DNA of 63,285 nucleotides, counting the filler. It is 4 parts of 4 records of this genome, joined end to end, with 100 filler letters (N's around TTAATTAATTAA, not from the genome) between each part and the next. Parts side by side here need not be neighbours in the genome. Positions count along the whole stretch, not along the records: positions 24,005 to 33,946 come from SRR31156797_15505; positions 34,047 to 55,366 come from SRR31156797_15509; 2 more parts are not named here. The stretch is one strand, 5' to 3'. Numbering within the stretch: position 1 is the stretch's first letter; every line of letters starts with the position of its first letter. The position numbers and the translations under genes were made by a program. The notes under the pieces were generated by a model, which worked only from the letters and a program-made list of their open reading frames with translations, was not told the DNA's origin and did no database searches. Shown one piece after another: positions 29,692-38,961 of the stretch.

Positions 29692-30237
29692 ATGAAATAT
29701 CTAATTATATCAATCGCTGTTCTATTTGCCTTTGCTTGTGGAACAGCATCTCCAGCAAAAACTCCTGAAAAAGCACCTGTAAAAAAAGACGCTTCGGCCT
29801 CTTCTGCTGAGCCTGGGTTTTCAATGGACCTGGAAACTGTTGATGGAAACACTTTTTCTTTTGATTCGATACGAGGGAAGAAACATCTTCTGGTTGCCTT
29901 CTGGGCGACCTGGTGTGAACCATGCAAAGCTGAACTAATGCAGCTTTCGCATATGTATAGTGAATTTTCAGATAAGATAGAATTTGTCGCAGTTTCAACT
30001 GACGGAGAAGATCTAATAGACAAAGTTACTGAATTTGCAACAGAAAGCGCACTTCCTTTCCCGGTCCTTCTTGATCCGTCAGGAAACTTTGTTGCGTCTG
30101 TTGTCCCTGGAGGAAACTCTGTCCCCTACTCTGTGATCGTGAAAAAAGATGGAACTATCCATTCAAAACACAGCGGCTACAAACCTGGTGACGAAATAAC
30201 TCTTAAAAAAGAACTAGATGAACTTCTGGAAAAATAA
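29692..30237 (+). CDS. TlpA-family thiol:disulfide oxidoreductase lipoprotein
   Basis: Lipobox AFAC, FWATWCEPC, VPYS. Confidence 0.9.
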   Translation: MKYLIISIAVLFAFACGTASPAKTPEKAPVKKDASASSAEPGFSMDLETVDGNTFSFDSIRGKKHLLVAFWATWCEPCKAELMQLSHMYSEFSDKIEFVAVSTDGEDLIDKVTEFATESALPFPVLLDPSGNFVASVVPGGNSVPYSVIVKKDGTIHSKHSGYKPGDEITLKKELDELLEK

Positions 30238-30239
30238 AA

Positions 30240-31967
30240 ATGAAATATCTCATACTTTTCCTGTTGCTTTCATTAACAGTTTCTGCCAACGAAAAGAAAA
30301 AAGAAGAAACAGTTAAGTGGAAGTTCTATTCAAAAAATAAAAGCCAGATCTTTATTGATTACAAGGCAACTCCGGCATCAACTCCGGAGAAGTTCGGTGT
30401 TCTTTACACTCAGGATTACGGCGGAGTGGAGTACAAAAACTTTTCCTTCGGACTGAGAAAAACCATGGTGCTTTTTGCAAAAAAAGATTTTGATAAAACA
30501 ATGATCGACCATGATTATCAGTACAGCAACGAACTTTTCAATCATAGTTGGGAGCATTGGGTAGACAGGATCTCATTTTCGGGAAAATGGAAACCTGCAA
30601 ATTTCACAGTTGGAGATTTCTACGAAAGCATGAACCGCGGAATGGTCTTTTCAATGAAAAACGACCCGGTTTATGGTGACAATTCTATCAGAGGCGGAAG
30701 CGTTAATGTTCGCTGGAAGGGCTTCCACATGAAAACGTTCGGAGGTCGTGCAAATCCTCAGATCAGAGACAAGGCAACTTTCCAAAGAACCAGAGAAGTA
30801 GATGACTGGCTTGCAGGAATGGAGCTTGGCTACAAATGGAAGAAATTGGATTTTGGAATTCAGTACGGCTATGGAAACTACGGAAAATACAGACTTGTAG
30901 ATCCTGAGGTTGATGCTTCATTTAAAACAACTGTAGATTCTGAAAAAGAGTTCCACCTTGCAGGAGCTTATGTTTCTCTTAGGAACCCTTTTCCCGGATT
31001 TACTTTTTATGCAGGAGCAGTCTATGTTCCTTATGGCTATGAAAACACTTTAGAATCAAATCAGTTCGGTGACACCGAGCCAATTGTTGATAAAGAAAAG
31101 GTCGACCTTCAAAATTCAGCTGCTTTCTATTCTTCCGCACTATATTTCATTGATCTGGGAGAAAAGAAAAGTCGCTTGACATTCAAGCTTGAAGCTAAAC
31201 TTTACAGTAACTACTATCTTAACTACACAAGAATGGAAGATGCTGATTATAAGAGAAGATACTTCAATCCGCCGACACTTCTGCCGATGGACCTTCAGCT
31301 TGATAATGAATTCGACACATGGGCAGTTGGTGCTAAGATCACCTTTATGGATAAAGCTGTAACTAAAGCAAAATACAGCTTGAATTTTGTGAAAGGAGAT
31401 TCACTTAACAACAAAGGTTCTATGCCAAAATATGTTTCCGAGCTTGGACCGAACTATAAAGAAGAAGATTTTTACTATGTCGGCACTGAAGGTGAAAAAC
31501 ACTTTGGCAATTTCAACTTCACTGCAAAATTCGGATTTCATTACAGCAAGGGCGACGAACAGCCTGACCCGACGGAAGATAATAGTAGATACTGGATAAT
31601 ATCCGGATTACATCTTGGTGGATATTTTTCAAAATTTTCCTATAAGTTTACCAATGACTATTACAACAAGAACATGACCATTGTTGGCGTTAAGGAATAT
31701 GACAATGCTCATGAACTTAAAACAGTTATTGACCTTTCATGGAACAACCGATACTTTCTGACCCTCAAAAATACTTATTGGCACAATGACTTTAATGACA
31801 GTATTGGCAACTGGCATCCCGGAGCATCAATCGGATTTAAGTATAAAACTGTGAAATTCTCAATTTTCGGCGGTCTTGAAAAAGGCGGACTCACCTGCGA
31901 TGGAGGAGCTTGCAGAGTTCTTCCGGACTTTAAGGGAGTAAAAGCTGAACTGGATGTTGCATTATGA
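30240..31967 (+). CDS. Outer-membrane beta-barrel-like protein (DUF6029-like)
   Basis: Signal peptide, aromatic-rich amphipathic strands, VGDFYESMNRG, C-terminal GGLTCDGGACRVLPDFKG. Confidence 0.65.
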   Translation: MKYLILFLLLSLTVSANEKKKEETVKWKFYSKNKSQIFIDYKATPASTPEKFGVLYTQDYGGVEYKNFSFGLRKTMVLFAKKDFDKTMIDHDYQYSNELFNHSWEHWVDRISFSGKWKPANFTVGDFYESMNRGMVFSMKNDPVYGDNSIRGGSVNVRWKGFHMKTFGGRANPQIRDKATFQRTREVDDWLAGMELGYKWKKLDFGIQYGYGNYGKYRLVDPEVDASFKTTVDSEKEFHLAGAYVSLRNPFPGFTFYAGAVYVPYGYENTLESNQFGDTEPIVDKEKVDLQNSAAFYSSALYFIDLGEKKSRLTFKLEAKLYSNYYLNYTRMEDADYKRRYFNPPTLLPMDLQLDNEFDTWAVGAKITFMDKAVTKAKYSLNFVKGDSLNNKGSMPKYVSELGPNYKEEDFYYVGTEGEKHFGNFNFTAKFGFHYSKGDEQPDPTEDNSRYWIISGLHLGGYFSKFSYKFTNDYYNKNMTIVGVKEYDNAHELKTVIDLSWNNRYFLTLKNTYWHNDFNDSIGNWHPGASIGFKYKTVKFSIFGGLEKGGLTCDGGACRVLPDFKGVKAELDVAL

Positions 31968-32353
31968 GTATGAAAAACGATCTTTTTAAAAGTAAAGGAG
32001 CTCTTTACGGTGTAATTCTTATACTTATCAGCGTCATAGCTCTTGGTGTGATCTTCGCTGTCAAGGATGACATTCTTGCAGAATATGAGAAGATGAAAAC
32101 AGAGGAAGGATGCTTCCAAGGCGACAAGCCTGATCCCAAATGGAAAGAGCTATCCGTTGACGAAAGAAAAGCTAAAAGTAGAAAGTGCATGGTGGCACTT
32201 AACAAAGTTACCCAGATCAACTACGGCCCCTATATTTTCTCTATCACCCTTGCTTTCGGAATATTTCTTCTTATTCTTTCTATTATTAATGCCGGCAGGA
32301 ATGTCGACAATCTTATGGAGGAAGTTGAGAATGATAATAAACTACCTGAATAA
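31964..32353 (+). CDS. Hypothetical two-TM membrane protein with two Cys in the loop
   Basis: Two hydrophobic helices; overlaps both neighbouring genes. Confidence 0.7.
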   Translation: MSMKNDLFKSKGALYGVILILISVIALGVIFAVKDDILAEYEKMKTEEGCFQGDKPDPKWKELSVDERKAKSRKCMVALNKVTQINYGPYIFSITLAFGIFLLILSIINAGRNVDNLMEEVENDNKLPE

Positions 32354-32903
32354 ATTTCCTGAATTAGACCCAAACGCTTACATTTTTAAAGACACAACAG
32401 TAATTGGTGATGTAAAACTTGGAAAAGACAGCTCTATCTGGTTTCGATCGGTTGTAAGAGGAGATGTGAACAGCATCACTATTGGCGAAAGAACCAATAT
32501 ACAGGACAATTCCACCATACACGTCACAACTGAACTTTTCCCGACACACATTGGGAGCGAAGTAACTATTGGCCACAATGTTGTTATTCATGGCTCGATC
32601 TTAGAAGACAGGGTTCTTATTGGAATGGGAGCTGTAATTCTTGATGGATGCCATATAGGAAAAAACAGCATTATTGCAGCCAATTCCGTACTCCTTGGAG
32701 GTACAAAAGTTCCTGCCGGAGTCCTCGTTGCAGGTAATCCCGGAAAAATTAAAAGGGACCTCACCGAAGCTGAATTGATTCACCTTGAAAGATCCGCTTC
32801 TAACTATGTAAAATATTCTCGCAACTATTTGACATATTCACAAGATTCTATATATTCTAGTGATGAAATTAAAGTGATCTTGGAAACACTTAAGAAACTG
32901 TAA
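32331..32903 (+). CDS. Gamma-class carbonic anhydrase family (YrdA/PaaY-like) protein
   Basis: VVRGDVN, TNIQDN, IGHNVVIHG hexapeptide repeats; start MIINY at 32331 with SD GGAGG. Confidence 0.92.
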   Translation: MIINYLNKFPELDPNAYIFKDTTVIGDVKLGKDSSIWFRSVVRGDVNSITIGERTNIQDNSTIHVTTELFPTHIGSEVTIGHNVVIHGSILEDRVLIGMGAVILDGCHIGKNSIIAANSVLLGGTKVPAGVLVAGNPGKIKRDLTEAELIHLERSASNYVKYSRNYLTYSQDSIYSSDEIKVILETLKKL

Positions 32904-32913
32904 GGAGCATAAA

Positions 32914-33946
32914 ATGAGAAAAATCATTTCGATTCTATTTTTAATGAGCTTCGTTCTCTGTCTTAATGCAGGAGACAAAAAAGAGCGTATGCTTACCGTT
33001 ATTTTCACAAATGACGGACATGGTATGGCATGGAAATTCGATGAACCTAATAACCCAGCTGTTGGTGGACTTGCCGCAAGAAAAACTCTTATTGATAAGA
33101 TCAGAGCAGAAGTTCAGGGAAAAGGTGGAAACATACTTATCCTTAGTGGCGGAGACATAACTCTTGGCGACCCAAGAAGCAACATCTGTGAAAACATGCC
33201 TATGATAAGCGGAATGAATTTAATAGGTTACGATGCAATGGCAGTTGGAAACCATGAGTTTGATTTTGGCATTGACGTCTTTCATAAAATGAAAAAAGAA
33301 GCTAAGTTCCCTTTCCTCAGTGCAAATATTTACGAAGAAGGCGGCACAAAAGCTGTTGGTAAAGATTACATTGAGAAAAAATTTGATGATGGACTTAAAG
33401 TTGCAATCCTCGGACTCACTACAAGAGAAACTGAGCAGATCACCAGTCCCGGACTCTTAGGAAATCTTGTTATGACAGAGCCGATCATTGAAGCTAAGAC
33501 CAGAGTTCCTCTGCTTAAGAAAAAGAATGATGTGGTTATTGTACTCAGTCATCTTGGATATTACGATACTGACAAGAGTTTTGACGGATACCATGGCGAC
33601 AACTACCTCGCAAAAACAGTACCCGGCATCAATCTTATTGTCGGATCACACACTCAAAGACATCTGAGCAGTCCGGTAAAGATCGGAGACACTCATATTG
33701 TTCAGACTGAAGGTCTTGGAAAATGGGTTGGACGTTTTGATTTTCATCTTAAAGGAAAAAAAGTAGTTAAAACAAGCTTCAAACTTTACCCTATCAACAT
33801 TAAAAAGAAGGTTGTTACAGGGAAAAAGGTTAAGTATGAATACCTTGAAAAGCCAATCGCTGAAAATAAAGCAATGGTAAAACTTCTCAACGGTTTCAAA
33901 TGCACTTTTTCAAAGAAGCAGATCGGAAAATTGGATAAGAACCTTG
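32914..33946 (+). CDS. Bifunctional metallophosphatase/5'-nucleotidase (UshA-like), truncated by contig end
   Basis: Signal peptide; TNDGHG, GGD, GNHEFD, LSHLG, GSHT. Confidence 0.88.
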
Positions 33947-34046
33947 NNNNNNNNNNNNNNNNNNNNNNNNNNNNNNNNNNNNNNNNNNNNTTAATTAATT
34001 AANNNNNNNNNNNNNNNNNNNNNNNNNNNNNNNNNNNNNNNNNNNN
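33947..34046. other. Artificial contig spacer
   Basis: N44-TTAATTAATTAA-N44. Confidence 0.98.
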
Positions 34047-34047
34047 A

Positions 34048-34587
34048 TTTGCAGTGGTTGCAGGAGAGGTGAGAAACCTAGCTTCACGATCAGCTGAAGC
34101 CGCAAATGAAATTAAAGCTTTAGTGGAAAATGCCACAGGAAAAGCAAATAGTGGAAAATCTATAGCTGATCAAATGATCCATGGCTATAATGGGTTAAAT
34201 GAAAATATTGCAAAAACTTTAGAGCTTATTAAAAATGTTGAAGCCTCTTCAAAAGAGCAACAAACTGGAATTATACAGATTAATGATGCAGTAAACTCAC
34301 TTGATCAACAAACTCAGCAAAATGCAAATGTAGCAACACAAACCCAAGAGATAGCTCAATCTACACAAAACATAGCAACAACTATTGTAAATGATGCTGA
34401 TAAAAAAGAGTTTGTAGGAAAACACGACATTAAAGCAAGAGAAGTTACAAAATCTATAAAAACTCAAAAACCTACACCAATTAAACAAGTAGAAACATCT
34501 ACAAATACAAAAAAATCATACTCTAAGCCATTAGAGTCACAAACAATCACTTCAAAAACCAATGATGATGAATGGGAAAGTTTTTAA
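34048..34587 (+). CDS. Methyl-accepting chemotaxis protein, C-terminal fragment ending in pentapeptide EWESF
   Basis: [19 protein letters not shown]; flexible tail ending DDEWESF. Confidence 0.92.
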   Translation, partial: FAVVAGEVRNLASRSAEAANEIKALVENATGKANSGKSIADQMIHGYNGLNENIAKTLELIKNVEASSKEQQTGIIQINDAVNSLDQQTQQNANVATQTQEIAQSTQNIATTIVNDADKKEFVGKHDIKAREVTKSIKTQKPTPIKQVETSTNTKKSYSKPLESQTITSKTNDDEWESF

Positions 34588-34692
34588 TAACTTTTCTGTT
34601 CTACACAGTACCTTTTTTTAAAATTACTTTTTCTTCGTAAATAATTATAAAATACGCTATGATAAAAAATCAATACAATCAAAAGGTTTCAA

Positions 34693-35579
34693 TTGATCTA
34701 TATTAAATTATTTCTAACTTCACTTTTTTTATCTCTTTTAGTTATTCACAACCAACAAATAATAAAAAATATATTGGTTTTCTTTTAGATGGAATGAATG
34801 AGATTCAATATAAAGAGAGTCAGATCGTTATGAAGATGTGGATCAATGAATTTAATCAAAAATACCATCTCTTAAGTGATATACACTATTACAAACAGTT
34901 TGAAAATCTTTTTAAAGACTTTCAAACTAATGCACTTGAAGTGATACTCATAAACCCAGTGTTCTATCTTCAAAACTCTGAAAAAGTAGATGAAATATGT
35001 GATAGATGCTGGATCATTCAAAGAGGAGATTTGAAGTTTGAACCACTTGTTTTAATTGCGAATAAAACAAAAGGGATTCTAAATATGAATCATATTAAAG
35101 GAAAAAAAATTGCAATACAAATTGACAATTATATTGGACCTATTTTTTTAGAAAAAGAGATTTTACAAACGGCAAAGCAAACAAATGAAACTTATATTAG
35201 TGAAATAGTAACTCTTAATAAATCCTCCACTGCTATTTTACAAACATTTTTTGGAAAAGTTGATGCATCTGTAGTCCCTTTAAGTACTTATAATCTAGCA
35301 ATAGAGTTAAACCCTGCTATGAAAAAAAATCTTATTTTAATAAAACAATCCCCTCCTCTTTATTCCCCTTCAATACTCTTTTTTCATAACAATACTCCTC
35401 ATGAAAGAATAAGAAAATATGAAGAGAGTTATAATCATCTTACAAATAGTGATCGGGGTCAAATAATCTTAGAACTTTTTAAAATGAAATCACTCTTTAA
35501 AACAACTATAAAAGAGTTAGAACCTTTAAAGCAATATTACAAAGAGTATCAAGATCTTCGGCTAGAAGCAAATCAGTGA
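34693..35579 (+). CDS. PhnD/SsuA-like substrate-binding protein; signal peptide frameshifted at a T7 run
   Basis: The ORF from 34794 has a PBP2-like body (FFGKVDASVV, ELNPAM). The TTG at 34693 gives MIYIKLFLTSL; one extra T in 34724-34730 fuses it in frame as ...FFISFSYSQPTNNKKYIGFLLDGM. Confidence 0.7.
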
Positions 35580-35620
35580 ATACAACCTAGTAGGGTATAA
35601 AATTTGCATAGGATACCCTT

Positions 35621-36325
35621 ATGGAAGAACTATTTAATCTAACCTATAAAGATGAAGTTGAAGAACTCAAAGAGCTAGAGAACTTTGAACAGCTCGGAGA
35701 TGAAAAATATACTTTTCATCAAGATATGGAAGCAAGACTCTACTGGGCATTTTGTAGACCATCTGGATCCCATGAAGACCAACTTAAAGATCCCCACCCC
35801 TTAGTTTCAATTATGGCATTTAATCACTCACGCCTCCCAGCACTTCCTAGATTTACACTTGTACATAAAGAGGTGATAAAGGATGATAATTTACGGGTAA
35901 AGATCTCAAAACGATCTCGTATGTTATTTCGTGACCTTGTAGATAATGACTTTAGTGAGCTGAATCTTGTCCTTGATCTCGTACCAGTATTTATTGATGT
36001 AGCAGTTGATCAGCTAAAAAATGGAAGAAAATGGAATGATGATATTTTTGCTGATGAGATTGAAGCTACAAAGTTTTTACAAAAAGCCAAAGAGTTTATA
36101 GATGAGGAACTCTTAGATGCTTTATTTTTAAAGCTTCAAAACTTTGAGGATTTTGATACGGGTGAGATGAAAGAGTTCTTAGAAAAAATTATCAAAAAAA
36201 AAGAGCAAATCGATACGATCATCTTAGAACACTATAAAAATAAAACAGATGAATGGCTTGATGAGCAAGAGATTCACCTTTTACAAAAAAAGTCTATAGA
36301 AAATCTCTCCAAAAAACTTCTATAA
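35621..36325 (+). CDS. Hypothetical protein
   Basis: 234-aa ORF with SD AGGA and host-like codon usage; no family recognised. Confidence 0.75.
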   Translation: MEELFNLTYKDEVEELKELENFEQLGDEKYTFHQDMEARLYWAFCRPSGSHEDQLKDPHPLVSIMAFNHSRLPALPRFTLVHKEVIKDDNLRVKISKRSRMLFRDLVDNDFSELNLVLDLVPVFIDVAVDQLKNGRKWNDDIFADEIEATKFLQKAKEFIDEELLDALFLKLQNFEDFDTGEMKEFLEKIIKKKEQIDTIILEHYKNKTDEWLDEQEIHLLQKKSIENLSKKLL

Positions 36326-36399
36326 GCTTTTTGAAAATGTATAAAATATAAACACATTTTTGCTTTCCTCTAAAGAAGATTTGATGTATTATCTCTTTT

Positions 36400-38226
36400 A
36401 TGGAAACTGTACTTACTATTAATATACTTTGGATCACTGTTTGCGCTTTTTTAGTTTTTTTAATGCAACTAGGCTTTTCTTTTATTGAAACAGGAACGGT
36501 TCGTTCTAAAAACACTATCAATGTTGCTATGAAAAACCTAATAGATAGTGTTTTTGGGGTTGCATTTTTTTGGCTTTTTGGATTTGGTTTTATGTTTGGA
36601 CTATCAAATAGTGGACTTATCGGCACAGACCAATTTGCTATTGATGGCTCAAATATGCAAATCAATAGCTTTTTCTTTTTTCAAGCAATGTTTGCTGCAA
36701 CTGCTGTAACTATCATCTCAGGTGCTGTTGCTGAGAGGATGAAGTTTAATGGATATATTATTGTTGCTATTTTAGTGACTGGATTTATCTATCCTCTTTT
36801 TGGACACTGGGCTTGGAATGAAAATGGATGGTTAAAACAATTAGGATTTACTGACTTTGCAGGCTCAACAGTTGTCCACTCATTAGGTGGATGGGTAGGA
36901 CTTGTAGGAGCGATATATCTAGGACCACGTTTAGGAAAGTTTTCTAAAACTGGTATCAAGTATTTTGCACCAAGCAATCACAATTTTATCGTCTTTGGAG
37001 TCTTTATACTTATCTTTGCTTGGTTTGGATTTAATGGTGGAAGCTTGCTTGAATTTAATGATAAAGCAGCTCTTGTTTTGACAAACACGTTGATTGGCGC
37101 AACTTTTGGTGGGATTAGTGGATGGATGATCTCTTTATTTTCAAAAACAAAAGTTGATGTGGAGATATTTGCTTTTGGTATTATTGCAGGTCTTGTAGGT
37201 ATCACTGCAGGATGTGATCAATTCTCTATCCATGAAGCTGCTTTTGTTGGATTTGTAGCAACTATTGTTATGTATTTTAGTGACCAACTTCTTTTGAAAA
37301 GATTCAAAGTTGATGATCCTTTAAGTGTAGTATCAATCCACGGATTTGCTGGAGTATGGGGAACTTTAGCGGTTGGTTTTTTTGCAACTGTACCACTTGA
37401 ACTCTCACGCATAGAGTTTATTTTCATTCAACTACTAGGAATACTCACAGCCTTTATTATTTCAATTATTTTAGGACTTGCTCTATTTTATCTTTTATCA
37501 AAACTCAATCTTTTACGAGTAAGAAAAAAACATGAAGTATTAGGACTTAACGTAAGTGAACACAATGCGAAACTTCCTTGGGTAGAGACCATTGAGAGTA
37601 TTGTAAAGATTATGAAATCTGGAAATATCCAAAAAAAAGTATATGAAGAAAGAGGTACAGAAGTTGGCCTTGTGGCAAAGTTTTTCAACTATTTGCTTGG
37701 TGTTTTAAGAGAAGAGCAAATAAAACTTAAAAAAAGCAATATCAATTTACGGAAAAAATCGCAAATAGACCAGCTCACAAGAATACTCAATAGACGTGGT
37801 CTAGAAGAGATATTACAAAATAAAAACCCTTATAAAGAAAAAATCTGTCTTATTATCGTCGATATAGATAAATTTAAATTGATCAATGATAACTATGGTC
37901 ATGCTGTAGGGGATAGTGTTTTAAAAGAGCTTAGCCAAGTAGTCTCTAAAAATCTACGAGAGGAAGATATCTTTGTAAGATGGGGTGGAGAAGAGTTTGT
38001 AGTGATTGTTTATACAGCTGATTTCAATATTGCCCAAAATATTGCAGAAAAACTTCGCCTTGAAATTGAAAAGTTTCACTTTACAACTGTTGAAAAAGTA
38101 ACAGCTTCCTTTGGAGTAAGTCATCCAAAAGATGAATCTCATAGCTTTGAAGTACTTTTTGATCATGCTGATCAAGCATTATATCAAGCAAAGAAGCTAG
38201 GACGTAACCGTGTTTGCACATGGTAA
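36400..38226 (+). CDS. Ammonium transporter (Amt)-HAMP-GGDEF fusion
   Basis: Amt motifs MQLGF..IETG, FFFQAMFA, SGAVAER, DFAGSTVVH, WFGFNGGS, DDP...IHG. HAMP-like linker (EVGLVAKFFN). DIDKFK and RWGGEEF with REED I-site. Confidence 0.93.
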   Translation: METVLTINILWITVCAFLVFLMQLGFSFIETGTVRSKNTINVAMKNLIDSVFGVAFFWLFGFGFMFGLSNSGLIGTDQFAIDGSNMQINSFFFFQAMFAATAVTIISGAVAERMKFNGYIIVAILVTGFIYPLFGHWAWNENGWLKQLGFTDFAGSTVVHSLGGWVGLVGAIYLGPRLGKFSKTGIKYFAPSNHNFIVFGVFILIFAWFGFNGGSLLEFNDKAALVLTNTLIGATFGGISGWMISLFSKTKVDVEIFAFGIIAGLVGITAGCDQFSIHEAAFVGFVATIVMYFSDQLLLKRFKVDDPLSVVSIHGFAGVWGTLAVGFFATVPLELSRIEFIFIQLLGILTAFIISIILGLALFYLLSKLNLLRVRKKHEVLGLNVSEHNAKLPWVETIESIVKIMKSGNIQKKVYEERGTEVGLVAKFFNYLLGVLREEQIKLKKSNINLRKKSQIDQLTRILNRRGLEEILQNKNPYKEKICLIIVDIDKFKLINDNYGHAVGDSVLKELSQVVSKNLREEDIFVRWGGEEFVVIVYTADFNIAQNIAEKLRLEIEKFHFTTVEKVTASFGVSHPKDESHSFEVLFDHADQALYQAKKLGRNRVCTW

Positions 38227-38301
38227 AACTAAATAATACTTTTACTTGTCAAACTTAAGTCTTTATTTTATAAAATAGTATAAATATAAAAAGAGCGTAT
38301 A

Positions 38302-38961
38302 GTGAAGATTTTACTTGTTGAAGATGATGAAAACATCTTATCTTTATTAAAAGATGGTTTTGAAGAAGAAAACTATCATGTCACAACTACTAGTAATGGG
38401 GATGAAGCAAATTATTTAGCTGTGATGAACAGCTATGATATGATTATATTAGATTGGATGCTGCCAGCTAAAAGTGGTATAGAAATTTTACAAGATATTC
38501 GTAATAACAGAATTACAACTCCTATTATTATGCTCACCGCAAAAGATACTACGAAAAATAAAGTTGATGGCCTGCGTTTTGGAGCAGATGATTATGTAGT
38601 AAAACCTTTTATTTTTGAAGAGCTTGTAGCAAGAGTTGAATCACTCCATCGAAGATCTACTTTAAACGGTTGCAACATTATACAAATTCAAAATATTACT
38701 ATAGATACAAATAATAAACTTATCACCAAAGACTCACAACCTATCACTCTTAGTGCAAAAGAGTATGATCTTTTTCTTTTTTTAGTGCAAAATAAAAACT
38801 CTTATGTCTCAAAGTTTATGATAGAAGAACAGCTATGGAATGATCAAGAGTTTTTGACAAGTAATGTAATCGAAGTAACAATTTTCAATCTACGTAAAAA
38901 ACTCTCAAAAGAGCTTATTAAAAACTTCAAAGGATTAGGATATAAGATTGAAGCTTACTAG
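38302..38961 (+). CDS. OmpR-family response regulator
   Basis: LLVEDD, LDWMLP, MLTAK, ADDYVVKPF, winged helix GLGY. Confidence 0.94.
   Translation: MKILLVEDDENILSLLKDGFEEENYHVTTTSNGDEANYLAVMNSYDMIILDWMLPAKSGIEILQDIRNNRITTPIIMLTAKDTTKNKVDGLRFGADDYVVKPFIFEELVARVESLHRRSTLNGCNIIQIQNITIDTNNKLITKDSQPITLSAKEYDLFLFLVQNKNSYVSKFMIEEQLWNDQEFLTSNVIEVTIFNLRKKLSKELIKNFKGLGYKIEAY

Noticed and set aside
32157..32330. N-terminal extension of the gamma-CA ORF
   Set aside because: Overlaps the upstream membrane-protein gene; a better start with GGAGG SD is at 32331
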